This document shows, piece after piece, positions 41,024-55,737 of a DNA stretch of 64,000 nucleotides; positions within the stretch are counted from its first letter, which is position 1, and each line of letters opens with the position of its first letter. The notes below the pieces were generated by a model. It saw only the letters and a list, made by a program, of their open reading frames with translations, was not told the origin of the DNA and did not search any database. The stretch is taken from NCBI RefSeq assembly GCF_964194155.1, contig NC_135916.1, forward strand, positions 1,488,001 to 1,552,000. The letters run 5' to 3'. Source of the DNA: Cetorhinus maximus. Taxonomy: Eukaryota. The position numbers and the translations under genes are program-made.

Positions 41024-41900
41024 GCAAAGACAGAAAAGAAGGGAAAGATCCCGAGCAAATTGTAAACCTCTAAACCCTAAGGCTCTTTTCAGAGCCGCGC
41101 ACATTTCACATGAAAGAGCTGATCCCCTAATCATTTGATCCCTGTCTCGGAGCTGGGAGCAGATTTCAGATGGAAATGTTTCTTTTTCCTTCCACTTAAA
41201 TCCCATTTTCCCGCTCAGTCACTGACACACTCTCCACCCGTCCCCTCCCGCACTGTGCAATAAAACACAGGGATATCCTTACAGCTCCCTATCCGGGATG
41301 TGTCCTAGTGCATTCAATGTTTATCTTTTCTTTATTCACATTTGCAGGGTGAGAGTCTGCAATGGAGTGAGCATCGCTCAAAATTCCGCCTCACAACTAA
41401 GGCCCATACCTGTTGTTTCTCTAATTCTGTTGGAAGAGATGTTAGGGAATTTCTCAATCCCTTTATTTCATTGTGGAGGGGAGGGGTCGTGGGCGAGTCT
41501 AGAGTTGTGTTGGTATAGAATAGGAGAGGGATTGAAATAGACGTAAACATTTGACGCTTAATAGAATTGCAGTATCGAGGGGGGGATATTACTGAGAGGA
41601 TTGGATTTAATAAATTCGATTATCGAGCTAGCTGGTTAATGATGTTGAAGTATTTCAGTTACGTTTAAAGCTCTTTGTTCAATTCTCTTCAGAATTTGAT
41701 AAATAAATGTATTTCGGGCAGGCAGGAGGAGGAGCTGGTTTACCAGAGACATTGCCCTGTCTGTCACTCAGTCTGTCTCGCCCCGCCTCTCACACTCTCT
41801 CTCTCTCTCTCTTCTCTCCCTTCCTCAGTTAGGTCGGGGCGGGCTGTATAAAAGCGGAACCTGAAGCAGCTCCCCACTCATTCAGCAGCGATTTGACTGA

Positions 41901-42221
<321 letters not shown>

Positions 42222-42697
42222 ACAAATCGACCCGACTCTATAACAAAACCCAAAGGCTCTTCTAAGAGCCGCCCACAACCTCACATTGAGAGCAGTGACC
42301 TCAGAGCGGGAGAGGGAAAGCGAGATGTAGTTCATAAAAACAGCTTTTTCATCTGCGCATTCTCCATTCGCTATACTATAGTGAGTTACACAAGGTTTCA
42401 TGGTTTAATTTCGTTCGGTTTTCAGGATTTCGCTTCCTTTCAACCTCCCGAAACTCGATTCCCAGCCTGGCTGAGGAACACGACAGATTCCAAAATAACA
42501 CCGAGTTCACAAGATAAAGGCCATCATTTATTACACTTGAATGAGGTGTAAATATTTTGAGACACATTATTCTCGCTTCTTCGCACTATTTTCACCCGGT
42601 CTTTTTTTGCTTCGCTTTCTCTTCCTGAGTCTTTGAGACACGACAGGACCTGGGAGGTATCTGCAGCTGAGCTTTATATGGATCAGCCAGTATCGAT

Positions 42698-42862
42698 GAG
42701 GTGCCGTAGGTGGGGGTAGAGGAGTAGGGGGTGATGGAGGAGTGGACCAGGGTATCCCGGAGGGAAGGATCCCTGCGGAATGCCGCCAGGGGGGTGTGAA
42801 GGGAAGATGTGTTTGGTGGTGGCATCATGCTGGAGTTGGCGGAAATGTCGGAGGAATGATGC
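42698..42862 (-). mobile_element. Remnant of the H4-H3 Penelope insertion
   Basis: Matches 26510-26672 with the same right junction (gaatgatgcctccggccagcaatcgatc). Confidence 0.8.
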
Positions 42863-43191
42863 CTCCGGCCAGCAATCGATCAGGGAATTTATTCTCCGTT
42901 CAAAAGCAGGAAGTCGGAGCTGGGACCGAAATGGGGCTCGAAAACATCGAGATTTTATGATATTTCTACTTTGAGATTTATTTTATCTGCCTTCAAACTT
43001 GCTTTATTTTAATGTCAGTTACTCGTCCCTTGAAATTGGCGGGCATTTTGAAATTGATGAACTGTCAGTTTCTGCTCCACCAATCAGGGCCCAGAAATCA
43101 ATGCAGCCCCGCTGCTCTTTTCAAATTTCTGGGCGGGATTGCGCTGCATCCAATCAGGACAGGAGGGAGGTCACAGACATGTCTTAAATAG

Positions 43192-43659
<468 letters not shown>

Positions 43660-43979
43660 AAACCCGACCCCCCCACCCCCCAGCACCATGTGCAACAAAG
43701 GCTCTTTTAAGAGCCACCAAGTCGGTCAGAGAAAGAGCTGCGATCTATTGTTAAAAGACGCCACCTCTTCTGCATATAATTTTCATTGTATTTCACCCTA
43801 TACCTTTCCTTTGCTACATTTGTTGGGCTTTGGAGAACATTTGAAAGACGGTTATTTTATTATTCCAGGAATGTTTTCCCAAGTAGTGACAATTGAGGAA
43901 AACACACATCCCATTGGCTTCTGCACGTTATCAGTTACATCTCTGTTTGAGTGACCAATGTGGAGGATCCACGCATTGA

Positions 43980-44180
43980 CTTATCTTATACCTTCGGGAG
44001 GAATGGCGGTGCGATCAATGCTTATTGGTCCATTTTATTACAGCTGGTAATGTTCCTTTATATTACCAATCAGATCTCTGCTTGATTCACCAACGTGGAG
44101 ACGTCACGTGGTTGACTTCCTAAAGTAATGGCGCCAAATCGTCAGTTACTAACCCATTATATATTTCAAATTTGGAAAGA
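43980..44180 (-). pseudogene. Orphan H2A promoter, CDS absent
   Basis: cttataccttcgggaggaatggcggtgcg...accaatcagat...ggcgccaaatc matches the H2A promoters, but no H2A coding sequence or stem-loop follows. Confidence 0.75.
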
Positions 44181-46349
44181 CCGCACTGAAATCGTAATAG
44201 CTAATTCCCTTTTTAAATTATAACAATGCACGATTCACCCAACTCTCTCCATCTTTTGGACATCCTGCAGCTTACCTGTATCTGTTAGTTTCTGACTTTT
44301 GAGTGCGGAGTTTCATGTCTCTGACATGAAGCAGAAATTAAAGCGCCAATTTTGCAGGAACCGAGCCTTTGTTTTATTGAACATTGAAAAGCCCGACGAA
44401 ACGTATGTAAAACGAATAATTAATTTGATACAGAATATTGCCTTAACATAAAGCTCAGTCAATTCCATAGTTTAAAAGATTGGTCTCCCTTACTGCACTA
44501 TATCATATTTGGTCACAAGCCCCAAATTCGCTTTTAAAATCCGGAATCCATTCGGGTTTAATCTCGGACCTTTTTTCCAGTCCTCTTTCTCTTTGTTCAA
44601 CATATTCTGGCATGTGAATATGGGCTTTTGTTAGGACTCTCTGCACCTTGTATATCATTGTCCGTTCTTTGAATATGATGCTCACTTTTCAACTTTTTAA
44701 TGTAGCATGTGAACATGGATTTTAATCAGGACTTATCAGTTGTTGACTGTGTATAAGTGTCATATTCATTCTGTATGTATCAGCCTCTGGTGCTGTGTAT
44801 GAATCTTGCTAACCTTTGTTATGTGCCTGTTGTGGTTCTGTATATGGCTGCAGAATTAATACTCTAAATGTAAATTTTGGACCCTGTGGGCATTGAATTC
44901 GTTTTTTTCTTTCACCATATCTGTTAAGAATTGATGAGTTGTGTGTTTTATTAAGTGTTTTCAGTTACTTGAATACTGTGATAGAGTTGAATTAATCCTG
45001 TACCCACCAGTGTGTTGCATTGTATGTGGATGAATACATTTTGCCCTCTGTGTAGTACTCTGTACCTGCTATGTATGGAAGAGTGCATTCATTCTATCTG
45101 CAATATTTTCTGGTACTATCCGTGAGAGAGGGATTCCATCTGAATCTATCAATATCTGGAACTAAATGTGAGAATGAAGTTGATACGGATCCAGCCAAGC
45201 TGTTTGAGAACAATATTTTTTTGTGTGTCAGTCAATCTGGGCAATTTTATGTCATTCTGGGTTTTTGGCTCTGCGTCCTTAAGACTTTTCTAAAAAGATT
45301 TGTGTATGTCTGTGGCTCCTGCTCTCCATTTAATTCCCTGCTACTCTATATGTGGTTGAATAATGCATTGCTTCCAAATATATTGTTAGTTTCTTGCTCT
45401 ATATTTATTAGTCCCTTAAATTGATGGAGTGTGTATTCACTCATTTAGCTGACAGTGAGTGTGATTCATTCAAATTATCCCTGCATCTGCTATTGCATGG
45501 GAATGTGCCACTCTCTGCATGTCTTTCAGTGCCTAGTACAATGCATGATTTTGGGATTAAATTGTACATGACAGCGTCGGGTAAGGTATGTGTTTGTGAA
45601 GTTATTTCTATAATGTTATGGCCTCTATGATTCTATATGAATGAGATTATATTGGTATACTTCAGTTTCAGGTAGGCTAAGTGAATGTGGGGTTCATTAT
45701 TTATCTTTCAGCCTTGGTGCTTTCCAAGAGTAAGTGCTAAGGTTAAACAAGAAGTGTTCTGAGAATTTCCATTATGATTCTTAGTGAGAATATTGATATG
45801 GCACGTGTTGTGTATTAAGGTCTGTATTCATTAAAATTATATTTTACCTTTATTTCAGATATTGTATGAGATCTTTGGTGTGGAATTTAATATGTTCCTC
45901 TGTGTGGCGTCTGGGTACATTCTTAGCTTCACATATACAGCTGATTGAAATGCACAGATTTAATGCTAAGACTCCACTCTTGTGAAAGGAATGGATTGTC
46001 TTTCAATCTGAAAAAGTTTTGGGCCAGGATTGATGGGCCTACCATTCTGTGACACTCATTGAGTTTGAATTGGGGATCATATTCTGTCTCCCCTGTCGTG
46101 TTTGAATGTTGCATTGAACATGTCTGCCCATTTTTGGTTTAACCTATAACATGGGTTCTACCAATGTTATAGCCATAAGTTATATTCTGTAGTTGCATAG
46201 GAGTTCAAAAATGGTACTCAATTTGTAGCTCTGTGAAAACAATTGTGAATAGCTACATCCCCTTCAATCAACTATATAGCCTCACATGTAATTGATGCAG
46301 TTTGTAGTCAAGGAATTACCATTGTACCTTTATTCATGCAGAGCTTTTC

Positions 46350-46830
46350 ATAGAATCACAGAATCACACAGTGCAGAAGAGGTCCTTCAGCCCATCGAGA
46401 CTGCAACAACACGTGAGAAACAGCTGACCTACCTACCTAATCCCATTTATCAGCACTTGGCCCCTTAGCCTTGAATGTGATGATGTGCCAAGTGCTCATC
46501 CAAGTACATTTTAAAGGATGTGAGGCAACACACCTCCACCACCCTCCCAGGCAGCGCATTCCAAACCGTCACCACACTCTGGGTAAAAATTTGTTCCTCA
46601 CATCCTTCATAAACCTCTTGCCGCTCACCTTGAACTTACGCCCCCTCGTGACTGACTCTTCAGCCAAGGGGAACAGCTGCTCCCTATCCACCCTGCACAT
46701 GCCCCTCATAATCTTGTACACCTCGATCAGGTCGCCCCTCAGTCTTCTCTGCTCCAACGAAAACAACCCAAGCCTATTCAACCTCTCTTCATAACTTAAA
46801 TGTATCATCCCAGGCAACATCCTGGTGAAT
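46350..46830 (-). mobile_element. CR1 LINE 3' fragment
   Basis: ORF 46569-46820 LSYEERLNRLGLFSLEQRRLRGDLIEVYKI; tail agaatcacagaatcac. Confidence 0.88.
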
Positions 46831-48314
46831 ATTTTGTTAGACTGCTATGAAATATATAGCCCTGTCTAAATTCTGAGGTACTGCATTGCAATTTATTTAG
46901 TAACGTACAGTGAGCTATCTTTTTTCTGTTCTGGCTAAGAAGAGTTTAGTAATATCTGATGAGAATGAAAGAGAGAGTATGATATTTGTTGTGTTTTCTT
47001 TTAATCCTTTGATTGGTCTGCTGGATTATATGATAGATGGAAATATAAACCATATTAAGACTCTCCGGAGCAGTTTGTCTTTTGGATTGAACAGTTGTCT
47101 CTTCCCTTTGAAACAGTGTGGGAATGAATAATTATTTACTCGTGACAGTGGACATAATGACCTGGCAGCATCTCTGTTCTCTGTGAACGATGCTGCAAGT
47201 ATCTTGTGTTGGAACAAGCTCACTTTTCATCTTGCTTATGTTATAACTTTTATAGTTGTCACTATTATGTATCCACCTTAGTTACTAGCCTCATCTGTCC
47301 ATGCATAGCATTGTTTGTGTGCTGAGATTTGTTCACTTCTTTTTAAATTGATCATTTCAACCATTTTATGTGTACCATTGTTTCCACTGCATATTAATTT
47401 ATTAATCTGCAGGCCTGTACTATTATTTGAGTAATGTTTCCATTTTTAAAAATGATGCTGAATTTCACTTTCATAACATATGGGTGAAAAGATTATTTTG
47501 TCATCTTATTGGAATTGGGATCCCCCTTCTTTGCTGCAATTAATTCTATGAATTGCATGTAAAGTCACTGGGATCCATTTAGGTATTTTAACCTGTATCA
47601 AATATATTATTTTCGCTGGAATGGAAGTGTGATGTTGGTCTGTAACTCTCAGGATTTGTTTGTAATTACACTGCACGTTAATTTTTGCTGTGAGTGACTG
47701 ACTGTTTAGAAAATCCATCCATGTCATTTTTTCTTTAGCATAAGATGTGTTTCATTCTCTATTTTCCAGTTTTGTTTTATAAATGAGTGTAAGTTCTGTA
47801 TAATTGTGTGCATTTTCAGGTATGTGAGTATGATTAGTTTTTATTCTCCTGTTGTATTTATTAATTTCTAAGATGCCAAAATGTGATTTTGACATGGTGC
47901 CTGTCAGTTACTGGTAAGTGAGTGCTAGTGTTACACTGTCCCTGTGAATATCTGGTGTATGAGCATTACTTTGTCGCACTTCATTACTTGCAAGTGACTT
48001 TTTTTTCTCCCTCTTTGTGGCATGTGAATGTGAATATGTGTGTTGCTCTTACTTGGCATTTGACAGTTTTGTTACCTGTCTGGTAAGTTAATGTGAATTT
48101 ACACTCTTTCTTTTTCAGTTTTTAACATGTAAACATGTATTTGAGACTGATTCCCAATCTCTGGCATGAAAATTAGGAAATACCATAAATGTTTCAGTTT
48201 TTTATTCTGGATGTGTCACAAATATTCTTTAATCATTCTTCTCTTGTAAAGAAATTCTAAGATTTACTCAGATTCTCTTAGTAATGTTATGAAATTGTGT
48301 GATTATTGAACTGT

Positions 48315-48430
48315 GTGTAAGCCTGTCTGTGTGTGTGCGCCTGTCTGTGTGTGTGCGCCTGTCTGTGTGTGTATGGGTGTGTGTGTGTGTGTGTGTGTGC
48401 GCCTGTCTGTGTGTGTGGGTGTGTGTGCCT
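48315..48430. repeat. TG microsatellite with gcctgtctgtgtgtgt units
   Basis: Direct reading. Confidence 0.85.
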
Positions 48431-49577
48431 GTTTATGCTCCTTTTGTCTATCTTATGTGTGAATGGACTTTTCTCTCTATCTGTCATTTTTCAATATGTA
48501 TATGTGCACATTGACTGGCACTCACAAGTATCTGGCATGGTGGTAAAGGTACATTTTGTACATATCCAGTTTTAGCTTTTCCCTTAGGATAGCCTTGGCT
48601 TTAAGTTGTAATATTCAGCTTCTGGTATGGAAGTGTGCATGTTACCCGTACCTGACCCTTTCAGATATGAGAGTGTGGTATTCAAATTGTCTGCTCTTTT
48701 CTAGCCTCTGATGTGAGCATTTTTACTTTTGTTAAAGTTAGCATTTTTAATGATACTCTGCAATTACTGGGAATTTCAGTATCTGATCTACGATTGTGGA
48801 TTTTAATCAGTACTGGTTTGTTTCTGTTTGGGATTGATATCTCTGTTATAGGAGTGATATATTCCATTCTGTTATTGTCACTTTCTAATGAGCTGAATGA
48901 TCCTTTTTGATCAGAATCTGTTTAATTTTGGTGCCTGAATATGGGATTTCCTTTGCAATTGTCAGATTTTGACATGAAGGAATGTTTATACTCTGTAGCA
49001 AAAGCAAAAACAAAATATCTACAGGTGGATGCTTGAAATCTCAGGAAAAAGGAAACACAATTGCTGGAAATACTGAGCAGGCCAGACAACATCTGTGGAG
49101 ACAGGAGCTGAATTACCCTCCACCTGAAAATTCTGACATCAGAAAAGGTCATTGAACTGTCATGTTCACTCTCAGCCTTTCTCCACAGGTGCTGGCTTCC
49201 TTGCTGAGTATTTCCTGCATTGTTGGTGTTTCTTCCTCTCCCTGTACGTGTTAATTTCCAACAAGTGAATATGGCATCACTGTGCACCTGCCAATGTCTG
49301 ACACTTATGTTTCACTTCTATTCTGACAGGGTTTCAACGTAGAATTTGGTGTGCGTGTGTGCACATGTGCATGTTTCTAGAATGGTAGAAATTTTTTTTT
49401 TCTGCACTTTTCATAGAATGCTATGCGAATGTCAGTTCCCCCTGTATCTGTCACTTTTTAACATGTTACTATGAGTCTTATTGTTTACCTGTCTGTGAAT
49501 GGGGATTTTAAAATGCACCAAGTTATTTGCTGCTGTGTGACTGATTTCTTTGATACATGTTTGGAATTAATTATGGG

Positions 49578-49848
49578 TTTTTAAAAAATATATATACTTT
49601 ATTTATAAAACATCTGAAAGAAAATTTCTAAATCGCCATCACAAGAAGTGAAAACAGATTCAACTTTTAGACATGGATCACGAGATGCTTCAATACATTC
49701 AATGAATATTACAATCATTTCAATATGGTCATTACAGACAGTCAGACAGCGCAATGATATTGGAGTTATCAACATACATCATGTTGCACACTTGAGGTGT
49801 TACAATACTATTACTATTCAATGCAGATATTTTTTGTGAGCAGTACAG
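49578..49848 (-). mobile_element. Probable LINE 3' end (AATAAA plus A-rich tail on minus strand)
   Basis: Absent from the paralogous site near 16060; begins ttttttaaaaaatatatatactttatt. Confidence 0.4.
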
Positions 49849-50759
49849 CTTTACTCTGGGTATTTAACTCTCTGTAATGCACTTGTGGCTATTACTCTGC
49901 ACCTGCCAGTGACTGACATGTGAGGATGCATTTTGCATTCACTGTTGCTGACATGTAATGCATATTTTACTACTTAACTCTCAGTTACTGGTATATAGAT
50001 GTGCAGATTTTATTCTGTATCAGTAATTCTGTGATATGTCAGTTTGATTCATTTTCCTGTTGTTTGGGTCAGGGTCAGAAGTATGATCATGGAAAAATAA
50101 ATATGTTGAAACTCTTAGGCTATTTTAAATGAATGAGAATTTAATTATTTGCTTTCAATCCCCGGCATGAGAATGTGCCCTATGCTTCTCATATTCTTGT
50201 AGGTGAGTATTGTCTTTCCTCCAGGTCTCTATGCACCTTGTAGGTCATTGTCGGTTTTGCCATGAACATGTCAGCCTGTATTACTTGAGTGTGATGTTCA
50301 CATTGCAGCTTTCAATTTAGTGTGTGAGCATAGACCATTCGTTCCCTCCTCCCAACCCTTCAACCCAAACCTACAGATTTTGATGCATGTTCATGTGTGA
50401 TTTTAGCGTAGCTATCAACGTCTGCTTTCTGGGTACCCATTTTCTTCTTATTTTGAAAATTCTGATGTGGAAAAAATGATTTTATTCTGCACCTCTCTAT
50501 CGCTGGTATGTGTCTGTGGTTTTACAATGTAAGCATCTGCCCCTGTCATGGGAATTCAGGTTTCTTTTGTATCTGTCAGTCTCTCCTATGAGAGCAGTGA
50601 AACGTTATTTGCTGTACTTGTCAATATCTGCTTTGTCAGTTAAGGTTTAAGCTTTCTTGTTTGTAGAGATCTGTTGATATAACTATTAGTGAGAATATTG
50701 CTCTGGCACGTGATGTGTATGTGTGTCTGTCTTAATGAATATGTACTTTATCATTATCA

Positions 50760-51378
50760 GGGGAGGCGATGGTGTGGTGATGTTGTCATTGGGCTATTAA
50801 TCCAAAGACCTAGGGTAATACTCTGGGGACACGGTTTCGAATCCTGCCGAGGTTTGGCGGATTCTGAAATCAATAAAAATCTGGAATTAAAAGAATAATG
50901 GTGACCATTGTCGATTCTTGTAAGAATCCATCTGGTGCACTAATGCAGGAAACCTGTTGTCCTTACCTGGTCTGGCCGACATGCGGTGTTGTGTTAGACC
51001 CACTTGGCCACACAGTTGTAATAAACTGCTAAAAAGTCACAAAAATGGAATGGAATCAGATGGACCACCCGACATTGAGTGAGGCTCCGGAAACAAAAAC
51101 GACTAAACTCAGCCCTGTTGACCCTGAGGGTAGATGGGAACACCTCCAGCTAGAATTTCCACTCCAAGTCACTCCACCATCCTGACTTGGAAATATATCC
51201 TGTTCCTTCACTGTTGCTGGGGAAAAAATTTGGAATTGACTCCCTAACAGCACTGTGGGTGTACCTACACCACGTGGACAGCAGGGGTTCAAGAAAGCAG
51301 CTCACCACCACCTTCTCAAGGGCAACTAAATGGTGGCACAGCCAGCAAAGCCACATCCCGTGAATGAATTTTAAAAAA
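50760..51378 (+). mobile_element. tRNA-derived SINE (SacSINE1/DeuSINE-like), same site as 17016
   Basis: ggggaggcgatggtgtggtg...ggtttcgaatcc...cacatcccgtgaatgaat. Confidence 0.7.
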
Positions 51379-51765
51379 GATATTATATAGGATCTTTGGT
51401 GTTGAATTTATGGTGTTGCTTTATGAATGCTGGGTGCACTCAAGGATTAATTCTGTAAATTTCAATCAGCTTTAATACCTGGTATTTAAATTACAGGCGA
51501 TGTTCTACTCTTGTGACATGAAAGGGCTGCCCTTCAATCTGATAATGGCTGTGATTGTTGACTGCAATTGGTGGACCTGCAATTAAGCAGTACTGAGTAG
51601 GAGTGTACTGTGGTAAAATTATTCCACCTCCCCTGAGTGTCTGACCATTGGATGGAGCATTTGTACCTAGTTTTGAGATCAATTTGAGCCTGACTATTCC
51701 TGTTCTCGGTGATGGTGGAGCTGATGTTCTGTCTGTATCTCTGCACTCTCGGAGTAACATCGTAC

Positions 51766-52672
51766 CTGCTGTCAGTTAGAAAGAGGTGGCTAGACGTTTA
51801 TTTTTCCTGGGATATCATCAGCTTGAAACTGATCCTTTCATTGATTTGCCTGGGGGAAGAAACAAAAGTCTTATAACTCAAAATCAGCAGAGGACATTGA
51901 AAGACAATAGGTCAACGTAATATTTCAACTGACAATAAATAAAAAAATATATATCTAGATGCAAAACATAACGAAACAATAAAAACTACAGTGTCTGATT
52001 CCACGTCAGCAACCTGCTTTGGTAGTTATCAAGCAATTGAGTGACACTCAGAAACAATCCACATCTGTATGGCTCCAAGGGTGACACTCCCCGAGGAAAC
52101 AAAGACAGTTCAGATTTCAATATCCTGCTCCTAGCCGGTGCTAAAATGTTTATATCTTAATAGCTGGTGCCTCCAATACGTGTCCCCTACATGGTTTCTC
52201 TCCTCCTTACTCTCTGCCTGTTTCGACTGTTCACTGTCCAAATGCCGACAAGTTGCATGAATCAGCAGCTATACTTGGAATATACATTACAGGTTTGAGG
52301 AGAGAAAATCCCAATAGTTTTCAATTGCAGCTTCCTCAAGTTCTGTCTCCCTCAGCAGGGCCACACACAGCCCCATAAAGGACTCTCCCCGTTCAACCGC
52401 TCACTCCAAGTTCCTGAACACGTTTCCGCTCCGCTCCGCCTCTTACAAACAGCCCCCGGTTCTCCCTGAACTTACCCCGAGTCAATGATGATTTCTGTGT
52501 CCACAGTGACAAACCGGCGACCTGCTGGAATCAGAACGCTGTTTATTCGCTTACCCGGGCCCTAAGTTTTCCATTTCTATCTGTTTGAAACAAAGATCTC
52601 CCGCTCACTGGGCGCATGCGCTCTTCTAGTCATGTATGGGGAAACTGAAGGAGGGCAACAATGCGCACGCGC
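51766..52672 (-). ncRNA. Putative spliced non-coding transcript 5' region, copy C
   Basis: GCGCATGCGC at 52612; donors at 52550 and 52470; candidate exon 51766-51849. Confidence 0.45.
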
Positions 52673-53711
52673 TTCTCTGGAAGAGACGTCACAGAACAAA
52701 CGTCATTTGCTCCTCCCCTCAGTCAATGTTCTCCAGCTTGAGCATCACAATGGGTCTGTGTGGAACGGGCAGAGTTTCAGGCAGGTGGACGACTCCTGTA
52801 TGAAGCTCAAACTGATATCGCTCCCTGCAGCATCTTTGCTGTTCATTCACAGGTTTAGCAAATCAATCCGCCCAGTGAATCTATGTGTTTGCTGTGACCA
52901 GGCAGAAGTTAATGTCTGGTCTTAAAATCACTGTTTAATAAAATCAGTTTGAACCTCTCAGTCACTGAGTGTCAATTCGAACATTTTTTATCCAAAGTTT
53001 ACAGAGAGCTCCAGAGGTTATGGATCATTACATTTCGGATACTATTCACCTCACCCACTGGCATTACTTCTGTGTGTGTGATAGAAATGTGTCTGCCTCT
53101 GGCCCAGTATTAGCTGGAGCTGAATCAAGCCATCTCTCACCTCTGTGGGTCTGTCAGTTTTAAATTAGTTTTCCCGATCAGGTTCAGCATCTTCGGTCTT
53201 TCAAAAAGGAAAACTCTCAATCTTCTAATTTCCAATGATTAAAAGTTCAACTTGTTTATGATTCCCTCATCAGTCAACAGCATCATTTCTGGAATCTAGT
53301 CAGGAAAATTCACTGAATAATTTCAAGAGAATTATATCCCTCTCTGGTTCTAAAGGATGTTTGGGACAAAATTATTAATTCTCATATTTTTATATTCTAT
53401 TGAAATACTGATGATCTGTATGCCTCTATCCGATGATAGATATGAGGGCCACTCATTGCTATATTGACACGTGGTAGCAATAGAGAGAGCGATTTCTCTG
53501 CCTCTCCCTCCCTTGCTCCTTCTATCTCCTTCAATCTTGCTCCCTCTCCCCCCTATCTCGCGACTTCTGGTGCTGTGCAAGTTAATAATGTTAATGATAG
53601 GTCAATATACACTGGCAATGTGAACACTCCCCCAGTGTTATGAGTCAGAATGTCACTGTTCCTTCTCCTCTCGGAAATTCAGGCCTGACATTTGATCTGA
53701 TTTCAAAATTG

Positions 53712-53850
53712 ATTTCACCCGAAGGAGAGTCACACTGACTTGAAAAGTTGACTCTGTCTTCCTCTCCACAGAGGCTCTCAGAGCTGCTGAGTTTTTCCAG
53801 CTATTTTTGTTTTTCAGATTTCCAACACCTGCACTATTTTGCTTTTATTT
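53712..53850 (+). mobile_element. Old Penelope 3' tail fragment
   Basis: gaaggagagtcacactgacttgaaaagttgactctg...tgctgagtttttccagc resembles the Penelope tails. Confidence 0.5.
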
Positions 53851-54126
53851 CATCGGTTCATCTCCAATCAAAAATCGAAGCGAGCTCTGAAAAGCCCTTT
53901 CATTGTCAGGAACTTGACTATGCGCGAATTTGTGTTCATATATAACTGGCCCGCTCTGGTTGTTGAGATTGGGGTACATTGCAAACTGTGAAATTTTGAC
54001 CCGTCAGTTCAGTAGGAGCAACATAAACAGGGAAGTTTGGAGGGACCGAGAGCAGTTAATTTGTATTGTCATCAGAAATAAACATCTTGATGTGAGCTTT
54101 TCAGACAATAGCGTGAAATCATATAT

Positions 54127-55012
54127 CACAGAATCACACACAGTGCAGAAGAGGCCCTTCGGCCCATCGAATCTGCACTGACACGTGAGAAACACCTGAC
54201 CTACCTACTTAATCACATTTACCAGCACTTAGCCCATAGGCTTGAATGTTATGACGTGCCAAGTGCTCATCCAGGTACTTTTAAAAGGATGTGAGGAAAC
54301 CCGGCTCCACCACCCTCCAAGGCAGCGCATTCCAGACTGTCACCACCCTCTGGGTTAAAAAAGTTATTCCTCACAGTCGCCATGAACCACCTGCCCCTCA
54401 CCTTGAACATATACCCCCTTTTGACTGACCCTTCAAATAAGGGGAACACCTGCTCCCTATCCATACTGTATATGCCCCTCATAATCTTGTACACCACGAT
54501 CAGGTCGCCCATCAGTCTTCTCTGCTCCAACGTAAACAACACTAGACTATCCAACCTCTATTCATAACCTAAATGTTTCATACCAGGCAACATCCTGGTG
54601 AATCTGCTCTGCACCCACTCCAGTGCAATCACATCCTTCCTATAATGTGGCCACCAGATTGTACTACAGCTGTAGCCTCACCAAGGCTCTATACAACTCC
54701 AACATGACCTCCCTACTTTTGTAATCTATGCCTCGATTGATTAAGGCAAGTGTCCCATATGCCTTTCCCCCACCCCACTAACATGACCCTCTGCCTTCAG
54801 AGATCTAGGGACACACACGCCAAGGTCTCTTTGTTCCTCAGAACTTCCTAGTGTCATGCCGTTCATTGAATACTTCCTTGTCAAATTACTCCTTCCAAAG
54901 TGTATCACCTCACACTTTTCACGGTAAAACTCCATCTGCCTCTTATCTGCCCATTTGACCATCCGATCTATATCTTCCTGTAGCCCAACACACTCAACCT
55001 CGCTGTTAAACA
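54127..55012 (-). mobile_element. CR1 LINE 3' fragment
   Basis: ORFs give LEQRRLMGDLIVVYKI and WADKRQMEF..EKCEVIHFG...ERDLGV-like sequence. Confidence 0.88.
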
Positions 55013-55737
55013 CCAATCTGCGAATGAGACCATCTACGGCTCCCATGCCACAGAGAGCTAAACGTTCGCTGAGTTTACAATCGACAATATTCTTCAAAGG
55101 AAAGGGAGCAAAGTACGAAAAAGAGGAGGAATTCACGCCTGAGAGCTTCACATTATTGACCGCTGTTCCCTGTAAACATGTAGATGTGAACATTGTGTAA
55201 GAGAGTGTTGGAACTGGGCGGGAGAGTCAGAGGAATGAAACTGTGTTTGTGTGTCCGTTCTGATCATGAGATTTCCGAGTTCTGCTTGCCTAAACTAAAA
55301 ATATTTTCTTTTCATAAGTTCCCTCTTTTCCCCAGCTTGACGCCAAAGTGAGATTTAAAGACAATTTCTTGGTTGTTATCTAGATTTCAGTCGAAAAGTA
55401 GAGGACATGTCAGAGATCGGGTGAAGGAGCCGCAGTAAATCCGGTTTTAATCGAAACTCGAGTCTTCAATTCGCGTCAAATCTTTTCGACAGCGAACATT
55501 ACAATGTCAGAGAAAAGAAGGATTTAGTCTGGGACACTGGAGAGCCGGAATTTCCATGGAATTGGGGAGTTTGTGAGGAGAGAAAAACACAGAGAGGCAG
55601 CAGCAGCCCGGAGCTGACAGCAGCCTGTCTCCGCCCCGTCCGCTCGCTGCCTTTAAGTTGCTCAGTGCCGCCACCAGCGGCTTCATTTCTGAGCCCGTTC
55701 ACATTGACAGAGACACTTTTGTGCAGAGTCCCGGAAC

